Shown piece by piece: positions 55,132-63,216 of a DNA stretch of 64,000 nt. A model generated the notes under the pieces. That model made no database searches and was not told the DNA's origin. It saw only the letters and a program-made list of their open reading frames with translations. Source of the DNA: a virus. Positions within the stretch are counted from its first letter, which is position 1. Each line of letters opens with the position of its first letter. Position numbers and translations under genes: made by a program. The stretch is from IMG/VR virus record IMGVR_UViG_3300042462_000689; one strand, 5' to 3'.

Positions 55132-56610
55132 ATGACCAAGTTAATTCACCTCATCCTCGATGACCTTGTCCTCGGCGTCTCACCCAGGACGCCCGAGATC
55201 GAGAAGCTGCTCACCTACGAGCTGAAGACCCTGGAGCCCGACCCCAAGAAGCCATGGATTCGCCGGGCGAAGAAGCAGAAGATCGAGATATTCAACCGGA
55301 TCGACAAGGAGGGCATCTGCGCCTTGAACACCCATCAGGGGATGTGGTGGCGCATTGTCCAATACTGCAATGAGAATGGTATCGCGGTCAAATGGGGGGC
55401 CGACCAACGACTGCCCTTTCCCGCGCCGCGGTATGAGCAGATGCGAGGATTCCGGTTCAGCCAGGAGGCACTGCTCAAGCAGGCCTTGCAGTATAATGTG
55501 AGCTGCTGCATCAAGGCCGTGACGAGATTTGGTAAAACGACCCTCCTGATCAATACACTCCGTGCGTTCAATGGATTGACAACGGTGGTCACCGCCCCCG
55601 GTATTGATTTGCTCAAGCAATTGAAGGATGAGATTGCCGCCGCGCTGCCAGACCGACAGGTCGTCATGATCGGAGGCAGTAGCAAGACGAAGTTTGCAAG
55701 CGAGGACATCACGGTGTGTTCGATGGATAGTCTCGACAAATGCGACCATGGACGGACTCGTCTTTTGCTAATCGATGAACCCCACGCCGCCGTCACGCGT
55801 GGTCGCATTCCGGATTTGCTCAAGTTTTCCAAGGCCAGGAAGATTGGCTACGGGGCCACGCTGGAGGGGCGCTATGACAATGCTGACATTCTTATCGAGG
55901 GCATCATCGGACCAACACTTGCAGAGAGGACGTATTTGGAAGCGGTGAAAGAAGGAGCCATTTGTGAGATTGTGGTGATTATCCTTCGGGTCAAAATCAA
56001 TACATCCTCGCTGCGCGGGCATCCTTCAAGGGACCAAGTCTACAAAAGTGTGGTGTATGAAAACGCTGATTTACATCAGAAGATTCGTGCTATTTCTGAG
56101 GACGTGATTCCGAAGGAATGGCAGACGCTCATCTTCATTGAGAATGAGAAGCAGGCGATAGGGATTCAAAAGGCAATGGGAGAGGAGACGACCATCGCGA
56201 TGGCAAAGCGCATGACCGCAAAAGAAAGGGATGCCGTCGCCGCCCGGATGAAAGACGGAAGTATCACGCGCTGTATATCTTCGGAGATCTTCGCGACCGG
56301 CGTTACGTTCAGCAACCTGCAGGTGGTCATCAATGCTACAGGGGGCGGAGGCTCGATTTCTGGGATCCAAAAGCCGGGGCGTTTGGCTGAAGTGCGCCCA
56401 AATAAACGATGCGGCGTCATGATCGATTTCATGTTTGAAAAAGATGGAGCACCGGAAGGAGTCCCGCAGTCTGGGGGAAATTCACCATATAGCTGTGTGA
56501 ACATAGACAGCTGGGCGCGGCATCGCGTTTACAAAAACAAAGGCTACACCATCCTATGGGCCGACACGATTGATGATGTCCAAAAACACCTGTTTGACCA
56601 CTGCGTGTGA
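55132..56610 (+). CDS. Superfamily 2 DNA helicase (UvsW/XPB-like)
   Basis: AVTRFGKTT, LIDEPH, GATLEGR, IFATGVTFSNL, QKPGRLA. Confidence 0.85.
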   Translation: MTKLIHLILDDLVLGVSPRTPEIEKLLTYELKTLEPDPKKPWIRRAKKQKIEIFNRIDKEGICALNTHQGMWWRIVQYCNENGIAVKWGADQRLPFPAPRYEQMRGFRFSQEALLKQALQYNVSCCIKAVTRFGKTTLLINTLRAFNGLTTVVTAPGIDLLKQLKDEIAAALPDRQVVMIGGSSKTKFASEDITVCSMDSLDKCDHGRTRLLLIDEPHAAVTRGRIPDLLKFSKARKIGYGATLEGRYDNADILIEGIIGPTLAERTYLEAVKEGAICEIVVIILRVKINTSSLRGHPSRDQVYKSVVYENADLHQKIRAISEDVIPKEWQTLIFIENEKQAIGIQKAMGEETTIAMAKRMTAKERDAVAARMKDGSITRCISSEIFATGVTFSNLQVVINATGGGGSISGIQKPGRLAEVRPNKRCGVMIDFMFEKDGAPEGVPQSGGNSPYSCVNIDSWARHRVYKNKGYTILWADTIDDVQKHLFDHCV

Positions 56611-56689
56611 GACCGCGAGTAAGCTCCCGCGCGTCCAGATTCGCAAACTTCGATCTTGAAAACCCAGCTTGTTGGGTTATTTTTCAGGA

Positions 56690-56863
56690 ATGCCATATGA
56701 AAAATACTCGACGAAGTTTGCAAGAATGGGAGGCCGAACTATCACGCTTAAAAAGTCTGAGGCTGCCCGCGCCAATGGGCGAAAGCCATGTGCTCCTGGA
56801 CGAAAGAGAGGCCGACCCAAAGTGGGTGACAAAAAGAATATGGGAAGTGGTGGGGATTATTAA
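56690..56863 (+). CDS. Small basic peptide with KSEAARANGRK...RGRPK DNA-binding-like motif
   Basis: 57 aa from ATG 56690; overlaps the HNH ORF out of frame. Confidence 0.45.
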   Translation: MPYEKYSTKFARMGGRTITLKKSEAARANGRKPCAPGRKRGRPKVGDKKNMGSGGDY

Positions 56864-57515
56864 TTACCACACCAACCCAGCGATCAAAGCGAGAGTGCAA
56901 GCGCACGCTAGAGCGACGGAAGAAAGGCAAAGACTCAATGATCCAGTAAAGTTCAAAGCCGCCGCTTGTGCAAAGACAAAGCGGTGGCAGTTGAAAAATC
57001 CAGACAAAGTCAAAGCCAATAAAGTTAGAAATCGAGATCGAGAAAGAGTGAGGGCCCGTGGAGAAAAAGCAAAGGCGAAGCGCCTGGCGTGGGTAGAGGC
57101 AAACAGGCGCAGAATTACGAATTACACCCTGACAAGACTGAAGTCAGACATCCAATTCAGACTGCGACATAATATCCGTAGCCGTGTGTACCAATTCGTA
57201 AAATCTCAAAAAATGAAAAAGCCCGCCGGGTTTTCCACCTACATCGGATGTTCACTGGCGGAATTGCAGGCGCATTTGGAATCATTATTTAAGCCCGGAA
57301 TGACATGGGAGAATTACGGAACAGGTGGATGGGAGATCGATCATATCCGCCCGCTGATTGACTTTGACCTGCAACAGAAAGAGGAGTTCCTGAAAGCATC
57401 CAATTACAAAAATCTACAGCCCATGTGGGCAGGGCTCAACCAGAGCAAAAACCGGCGAGAAAAACCACATCCAGATTACCCGGACCCGTCTTTGAAATTC
57501 ACCAAATGCGTCTAA
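56697..57515 (+). mobile_element. Free-standing HNH-type homing endonuclease (start uncertain)
   Basis: RLRHNIRSR...IGCSLAELQAHLESLFKPGMTWENYG...WEIDHIRP...NYKNLQPMWA..N.SK; AT-rich. Confidence 0.8.
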
Positions 57516-57817
57516 AACCAGAATACCAACCCGTAAGAGCCACACATCTCACCGACGCCCAACTCACCTTCGTGGGGCGTGTGGTGGCGGCAAAGCGCTG
57601 CGCCGCACAACTGCGCAGGATCCGGGCCGGCTACTTCATTGCGGACGAGACTCTATGGTTGTCCGTAAAGCGACAATGGACGAGGCAGGCCCGACAATCC
57701 GCACAGGAAATTAAGGCAGACGGAAACGCAATTCCCCGCAGGCCGCGGGAGGTTTACTACAACGGCCGGGATACCGGCAAATTCAAAGTGCTCGTCGGCG
57801 ATCTGCCGGCAGCTTAA
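57506..57817 (+). CDS. Basic hypothetical protein
   Basis: ATG 57506 after accaa. Confidence 0.55.
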   Translation: MRLKPEYQPVRATHLTDAQLTFVGRVVAAKRCAAQLRRIRAGYFIADETLWLSVKRQWTRQARQSAQEIKADGNAIPRRPREVYYNGRDTGKFKVLVGDLPAA

Positions 57818-57828
57818 CTGGTAATTCA

Positions 57829-58278
57829 ATGAAACCAACCAACACCAAAGAATACTTCGTCACGGAGAGCAACAGGATCGAGGGCATTTTACGCCCACCG
57901 ACACAAGAGGAACTGGAGACTTTCGCGCATTTCCTGCGATTGCCGCACGTCAGTGTGTTTGACCTGCATTCATTCGTAAGCGTCTATCAGCCGGATGCAC
58001 AGCTGCGTAATGTAGTAGGGCGCAATGTGCGCGTCGGCCATCATTGTCCGCCACCCGGAGGTCCGGAGATTCGCGAGCGGCTCATTGATCTACTGTCCCG
58101 CGCAAAACGCACACCGGACTCAGCTTATGCAATTCACCTGGAGTATGAAACCCTGCATCCGTTCACTGACGGAAATGGACGATCCGGTCGCGCCCTGTGG
58201 GCCTGGCAGATGCAAAGCTTCCCGTTGGGATTCCTGCATCACTTCTACTACCAGACCCTGAACGCCAACCAACACTGA
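57829..58278 (+). CDS. Fic domain protein with N-terminal inhibitory motif
   Basis: HPFTDGNGRSGR catalytic motif; SNRIEG fits (S/T)xxxE(G/N). Confidence 0.85.
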   Translation: MKPTNTKEYFVTESNRIEGILRPPTQEELETFAHFLRLPHVSVFDLHSFVSVYQPDAQLRNVVGRNVRVGHHCPPPGGPEIRERLIDLLSRAKRTPDSAYAIHLEYETLHPFTDGNGRSGRALWAWQMQSFPLGFLHHFYYQTLNANQH

Positions 58279-58279
58279 C

Positions 58280-58474
58280 ATGCCTGCATATCGCGTGCTT
58301 TGGGAGATCGACGTCATTACGGACAATCCAGTCGAAGCTGCCAGGGAGGCCTTGAAAATTCAACTCGACGCCGGGCGTTCGTGGTCCGGGGTCTTTGATG
58401 TGTTCGACGACGAGGGTAATAAGATGCGGGTAGACCTTGATGAGGATCCCGCTACCGCGGAACTCATAGGATGA
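58280..58474 (+). CDS. Small hypothetical protein
   Basis: 64 aa; YRVLWEIDV...PVEAAREAL phage pattern. Confidence 0.55.
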   Translation: MPAYRVLWEIDVITDNPVEAAREALKIQLDAGRSWSGVFDVFDDEGNKMRVDLDEDPATAELIG

Positions 58475-59145
58475 AAGACGGACCACCACCCCCACCGCAG
58501 GCACCCGCCAACCCCGCGACCATCAAGGTGTTGGCGGGGAACCTGCGTCGGGAATATATTGAGAAGATGCGGCAACTGACCGGAAACAAGACCTACAAGC
58601 CGAAGACCAAGGACAATGAGCCGGCGGTATGGGAAAAAGTAGCGGCAGTCTGCCACCGGCTGAATGCCCGGTTTGACAGTTTCCTTCAGGCGCAATTTGA
58701 GGAGACCAAAAACAAAGGCGGACCCTACGTCAATCAGCTGACCGGGGACTACGCCGCCTCCTGCTACCTGACCTACAAGAACCGCTGTCAGGGCCCCGCA
58801 ATGGAAGCTGGTCCGACCGCGACCGCGCCCACGGAACCGCCGGACTTCACCATTCCAGCCGACAGAGACTTGGAATTATCCCTGGCCAGCATCGCAGACC
58901 AGTGCATGAAAGCAGCCGGAACCTGCAACCCATTGGATCCGAAAGTGCAGGCGATATTCTTCCACGAATACTCCGGCATTCCTCCGGTCCTGCGCTGCGC
59001 CCTGTGTGGGGATGATCCGGAGGTGTTCCGCAAATACGGAAAGCAGGCCCGCGCCGCGCTGGAAGGCGATAGTCCCATGCAGAACGCCATGCGAGTGCTG
59101 GGCCTGCCAGTGCACGAAATACTCAACTATCAATCAAATGACTGA
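58471..59145 (+). CDS. Hypothetical protein (replication module)
   Basis: 224-aa ORF upstream of DnaB. Confidence 0.6.
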   Translation: MKDGPPPPPQAPANPATIKVLAGNLRREYIEKMRQLTGNKTYKPKTKDNEPAVWEKVAAVCHRLNARFDSFLQAQFEETKNKGGPYVNQLTGDYAASCYLTYKNRCQGPAMEAGPTATAPTEPPDFTIPADRDLELSLASIADQCMKAAGTCNPLDPKVQAIFFHEYSGIPPVLRCALCGDDPEVFRKYGKQARAALEGDSPMQNAMRVLGLPVHEILNYQSND

Positions 59146-59608
59146 ATTACAACATTGGAGCGACAAACTGGCGGAGTTGCATGAGCCCAAGGTAGTTCCT
59201 ACCAAGGAATCACCCCACTGCACCCATAATCATGTTTTTGCGTATCTCATGAAGTATGCCAAGATCGACTTCCAGAAACGCACGTTCACGATGCAATGTC
59301 GACATGGAGAAGAAATCACGGAGCAAACTATTTCCGTGTTTTTGCCGGCGTTGTGGGAGTGGGCGGATAAGCATATCGCCCGTATGGGAGAAGTGATTGG
59401 GGGTCTTATACGCCAGGCAGACGCAGACGGCATCCCGCTGGCGTATGCGACCATCCCCTACGAATGGCGGCAATTCAAGATGTCGCACATTTTGGGAGTG
59501 CGGCTGAGCTACGAAAAGGATGCCTTTATGGCATTCTCATACCTGCAATACGGCAGATTCTACTGCGCGGAGGATCCCGGTGCAGTAACTGAACCAAAGG
59601 AAACATGA
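59138..59608 (+). CDS. Hypothetical protein
   Basis: ATG 59138 overlapping upstream stop. Confidence 0.55.
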   Translation: MTELQHWSDKLAELHEPKVVPTKESPHCTHNHVFAYLMKYAKIDFQKRTFTMQCRHGEEITEQTISVFLPALWEWADKHIARMGEVIGGLIRQADADGIPLAYATIPYEWRQFKMSHILGVRLSYEKDAFMAFSYLQYGRFYCAEDPGAVTEPKET

Positions 59609-61071
59609 GCAACAAGCTGATTAAAAATTCCGTCCACAGCTTCCTGCGGGCCAATCGGGAGCTGTTCGAAATGCATGTGCTGGCGTCCGTCTGGTGGGAC
59701 CAGAAGTTCTTCATGCGCGTGATGCCGATGCTCTGCCGAGGACCCGATGAGAAGACACCCTGGACGGATGATTTCTCCGATCCAAAGCGCTCGGCCGTCT
59801 ATCGCGCCATGTACGACTACAACATGGCCTGGATGAGCACCAACCGCGATCCGAAGGCCAGGCTGCAGCCCATCGACATCGGCACGCTGCAAGGCTACCT
59901 GGTGTCGTATGCGCAGGCGGGACACACGCTGACCGAGGACGAGGTGATGCCGGCGGTGCAGATTTGGGTACAGGCCTGCACCATGGCCCAGGCTGTGAAC
60001 ATGCAGTTCATGAATCTGGCGGTGGGAGCTTGGATGGAAAGCCAACGGACTGAGGGAATGCTGAAGCGTCGGCTGAGCACGCGGAACTTTGAGGGCATGG
60101 TGGATCAGCTGGCAAAGATGAAGGCAGCCATGCAGCCCAAGGGGGAGCGGAATCAAATCTTTGGATTCGGACATGGCATCGACAACGAGCAGCTGGAGGT
60201 CATGCGTACGCCCACGCATTTCAAACCATTGGACCGGGCGCTGGGCGGGGGATTCGGGCAGGGGGAAGGGTCGCTCATCATCGCGGCCACCGGCGGGGGC
60301 AAGACGGTGTTTGCCACCCAAATGGCGGCGCTGATGTCCATGAATGGGGCCCGCGGCGTGTTCATTTCCACGGAGCAGCCGTTCCAGGAGTTGGAACCCC
60401 GCATCGTGTCGGCAATATGCCATGTGCCGTTCGACACGATCAAGGACCGGGTGGTTACGACAAAATTCGAGAGAGACCAATTGATGGAATATGCAAAACT
60501 GCGCGAGAGGCTGACCGCCAAAACCTTCTCCTTTGTGAACTGGGATGCCGATTCGGAAACGGATGTGATGGCGGAAGTGGACTCGATCGTCGAACGCGCC
60601 GGCTCCACCATGGGCGGCGTGGATTACCTGATCTTTGACTGGTTGGGGAAGGCCCTTGGGAAAAATGTGATGCATGATCCCGCGCGGTATCGGCTGGCCC
60701 TGCTCTCAGGTGCCACTGCAATCGTGGAGATGGCGAAGAAATACAAGCTGAGCGCCATTGCCATGGCCCAGGGGCATCCGGGACGTTGCAAAAACAATCC
60801 TCGGGTGGATTCCACCTGCCTGACGGAATGTCTCACGCTTGGCAATGACATGACCACCATCGTCGGAATCACCACGATGCTGAAGCCGGAGACAGAAAAG
60901 AAAACATGGGAGGCAAAGGATGAACCCACCTTTGAGGAAAAGCAGTCCTTCTACATGGGGAAGGCGCGCAAATCGCAGGCCTGCAAAGTGCCCGTGGTGC
61001 GGGACTTCGGATATCAAAGGTTCCGCCAATTTACCGCGGCGGACTTCAACAAATACAAACAAGAGAAATGA
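59605..61071 (+). CDS. dnaB: DnaB-like replicative helicase
   Basis: LDRALGGGFGQGE, Walker A AATGGGKT, FISTEQ, YLIFDW, IAMAQ, GKAR. Confidence 0.85.
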   Translation: MSNKLIKNSVHSFLRANRELFEMHVLASVWWDQKFFMRVMPMLCRGPDEKTPWTDDFSDPKRSAVYRAMYDYNMAWMSTNRDPKARLQPIDIGTLQGYLVSYAQAGHTLTEDEVMPAVQIWVQACTMAQAVNMQFMNLAVGAWMESQRTEGMLKRRLSTRNFEGMVDQLAKMKAAMQPKGERNQIFGFGHGIDNEQLEVMRTPTHFKPLDRALGGGFGQGEGSLIIAATGGGKTVFATQMAALMSMNGARGVFISTEQPFQELEPRIVSAICHVPFDTIKDRVVTTKFERDQLMEYAKLRERLTAKTFSFVNWDADSETDVMAEVDSIVERAGSTMGGVDYLIFDWLGKALGKNVMHDPARYRLALLSGATAIVEMAKKYKLSAIAMAQGHPGRCKNNPRVDSTCLTECLTLGNDMTTIVGITTMLKPETEKKTWEAKDEPTFEEKQSFYMGKARKSQACKVPVVRDFGYQRFRQFTAADFNKYKQEK

Positions 61072-61295
61072 GTAAAACGATCGACCAAATTGCAAGTGAT
61101 TGCGATCTACACGGAGCGGACATTGAAACGCTGAGGGACATCCTCGAAGACAAGACGGCGGTGATGCAGGAGCAATCCCCGACGAAAGACGGATTCTGTG
61201 ACATCATCGAGGCGCTCTACCGGCGCATTGAAAAGCTGGAGGAGGAGAGGGCAACGCTGGAGCGCAATTTCGCGCAGGCAGGTGGTCTGTGCTGA
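61068..61295 (+). CDS. Small coiled-coil protein (paralog of next gene)
   Basis: MSKTIDQIASDCDL...IIEALYRRIEKLEE. Confidence 0.6.
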   Translation: MSKTIDQIASDCDLHGADIETLRDILEDKTAVMQEQSPTKDGFCDIIEALYRRIEKLEEERATLERNFAQAGGLC

Positions 61296-61307
61296 ACCCC
61301 CGACCAA

Positions 61308-61700
61308 ATGAGTAAAACAACCAAACAGATAGCGGAAGACTGCGGACTCGACGATCCACTCGGGAAGATTCTCGATGGAATCCTGACGGAGCGATACAAA
61401 GCGCTCGATCAGGGCGAGGAGTATCTGCAAGAAATCGTCGGCGCGCTCTACCGGCGCATTGTGGTGCTGGAGGAATTGGTCGATGAACTGTGGGTATCTG
61501 AATGCGAGGACATCTTCCTCGTCAGTCAGACCTGCAACGGTGGCGAATGGAACAAGCTCGTCAAAAGCCAGGAGCGGTGGTGGTATTCGGAGCAAGAAGC
61601 GCAGCGCTGGCTGGATACGCAGGAGGACTGGTTCAAGGAAAGCAACAAGGTGTTCAAATGCAGGATCAACCTGACGGACATCCAGAGGACACAACAATGA
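61308..61700 (+). CDS. Small protein (paralog of previous gene)
   Basis: MSKTTKQIAEDCGL...IVGALYRRIVVLEE. Confidence 0.6.
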   Translation: MSKTTKQIAEDCGLDDPLGKILDGILTERYKALDQGEEYLQEIVGALYRRIVVLEELVDELWVSECEDIFLVSQTCNGGEWNKLVKSQERWWYSEQEAQRWLDTQEDWFKESNKVFKCRINLTDIQRTQQ

Positions 61701-61951
61701 GCAAATCAAAGACCAGGAAGAAAACGGTTTCCGAGCTGTACAACGAATACAGCTTCCATATCGGCGGCATGCGCCGCAGCGAATTGGAGGATGAGTTTTT
61801 CGAGATGTGCGATGAAGTGGAGGTGCAGGGACTGCAGGCGGTCTACCCGCACATGGATGGGTTTACAGGGAACAGCAGTGACGAAGTCCGCAGCATGCTG
61901 CTGGATTACTTCGAGGGGAAACAGGAAGGCCGAACCAAATTCAAAGAATGA
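61697..61951 (+). CDS. Small hypothetical protein
   Basis: ATG 61697, ATGA-coupled. Confidence 0.55.
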   Translation: MSKSKTRKKTVSELYNEYSFHIGGMRRSELEDEFFEMCDEVEVQGLQAVYPHMDGFTGNSSDEVRSMLLDYFEGKQEGRTKFKE

Positions 61952-62130
61952 AATCAAAACCCAAAAAGACTGAAGAACCAAAAGAGACCGGATGGACCTA
62001 TTCCGCATACCGGGCGACGCTGAAAAAGGACGGCAAATTCTTTGCGTTTGTGACGCCGGACGGCAGGGATTGCCTGGGTCCGGTGCAGATAAAGGAATTA
62101 CTGAATGCCCTGAATGCCGGGAGGGGGTAA
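61948..62130 (+). CDS. Small hypothetical protein
   Basis: 60 aa, ATGA-coupled. Confidence 0.5.
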   Translation: MKSKPKKTEEPKETGWTYSAYRATLKKDGKFFAFVTPDGRDCLGPVQIKELLNALNAGRG

Positions 62131-62131
62131 A

Positions 62132-62671
62132 ATGAACACCGTAATTCAACTCGTCAGCGGTCACTACTTCAATTTCCTCAATCCCGAGGAATCGGTATTT
62201 GGAATTGAGGATGTGGCACATGCGTTGTCGCACATCTGCCGGTTTACCGGGCATGTGCGGGAGTTTATGAGCGTGGCTCAGCATTCCGTAATGGTCAGTC
62301 GTATCGTCCCGCCGGAGCATGCGCTGGCTGGTCTCCTGCACGATGCCTCGGAGGCCGTGATGGGGGACGTGTCGAGCCCACTGAAGGCCCTACTGCCGGA
62401 TTACAAGGCGATTGAGAAAAGAGTGCATGCCGCCATCATGGCGCGCTTTGGACTGCCGTCGGAATTACCAGACTGCGTAAAGGCGGCGGATTTGGTGATG
62501 CTGGCAACGGAGCGCCGGGATTTGATGCCAGCCGAGGACAACGACACTGAATGGTCTGTGCTGCATGGGGTGGTGCCGCTGATGGTGCGCCTTGAACCCA
62601 TGCATCCGGTAATCGCCAGGGCTTTGTTCTTGCGGCGGTATGCGGAGATTACAGGTGGGAAAATTAACTGA
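62132..62671 (+). CDS. HD-domain phosphohydrolase (YfbR/YfdR-like nucleotidase)
   Basis: [41 protein letters not shown]; start ATG 62132. Confidence 0.85.
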   Translation: MNTVIQLVSGHYFNFLNPEESVFGIEDVAHALSHICRFTGHVREFMSVAQHSVMVSRIVPPEHALAGLLHDASEAVMGDVSSPLKALLPDYKAIEKRVHAAIMARFGLPSELPDCVKAADLVMLATERRDLMPAEDNDTEWSVLHGVVPLMVRLEPMHPVIARALFLRRYAEITGGKIN

Positions 62672-62692
62672 GAACACCAACCACATCAATAA

Positions 62693-62998
62693 ATGCGCAA
62701 ATACGAAGAAAAAGTCACACTCGTCAAAAAACGAGTGAAGGTGGTCATTGAATGCGACCTGTGTCGTGCAAATCGGAATCATTGGGCACAGAACCCATGG
62801 GAGATCGGACAGACCGAGGTCAGCATGCGCATTGGGGAGCTGGATCCCGGCGGGGACTTCGGGGAGGACACCACGGTGGATCTGTGCCCGAAATGCTTCA
62901 CCGAGAAGCTGCTGCCATGGCTGAAGACGCAGGGCGTCAAACCCCGCACCGAGAAGTGGGAAGAGCCGAACACACCCAGCCTGGAAGATCGCGATTGA
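62693..62998 (+). CDS. Small zinc-finger hypothetical protein
   Basis: CDLC...DLCPKC. Confidence 0.65.
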   Translation: MRKYEEKVTLVKKRVKVVIECDLCRANRNHWAQNPWEIGQTEVSMRIGELDPGGDFGEDTTVDLCPKCFTEKLLPWLKTQGVKPRTEKWEEPNTPSLEDRD

Positions 62999-63007
62999 CG
63001 GGTTCTC

Positions 63008-63206
63008 GTGATGTGTGCGAAGGTGTTGTCGTCCGCAAGGACTAGGGGTACCAATCCTCCGATTGTCGAAGCATCACACTAGACATAAACGCAGAAAATC
63101 TTAATGCCCGCTTGTGGTGGGCCGTATCCTCGTTGGTCCGCCGTGTGATGCCGGCGTAAACCTTTTTGTTGGTCTTGGATACTCCACCACTCGCGGGCGC
63201 CTTTTT
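63008..63206 (+). ncRNA. Candidate structured leader/sRNA upstream of replication initiator
   Basis: GTGATGT/GCATCAC domain with GTCC-GCAA-GGAC; long stem GCCCGC..GTGGTGG..GTATCC / GGATAC..CCACCAC..GCGGGC then TTTTT. Confidence 0.5.
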
Positions 63207-63216
63207 ATCTACGTCT

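Noticed and set aside
54144-55132. CRISPR array or GGY/NN pentamer guide array next to the RAMP gene
   Set aside because: Both flanks are tightly packed coding sequence; no direct repeats or sustained 5-nt periodicity seen here or in other intergenic gaps
57470-57515. Duplicated helicase 3' end after the HNH gene (KFTKCV versus LFDHCV)
   Set aside because: The CV* ending is forced by overlap with the next gene start (ATGCGTCTAA); other frames show no similarity
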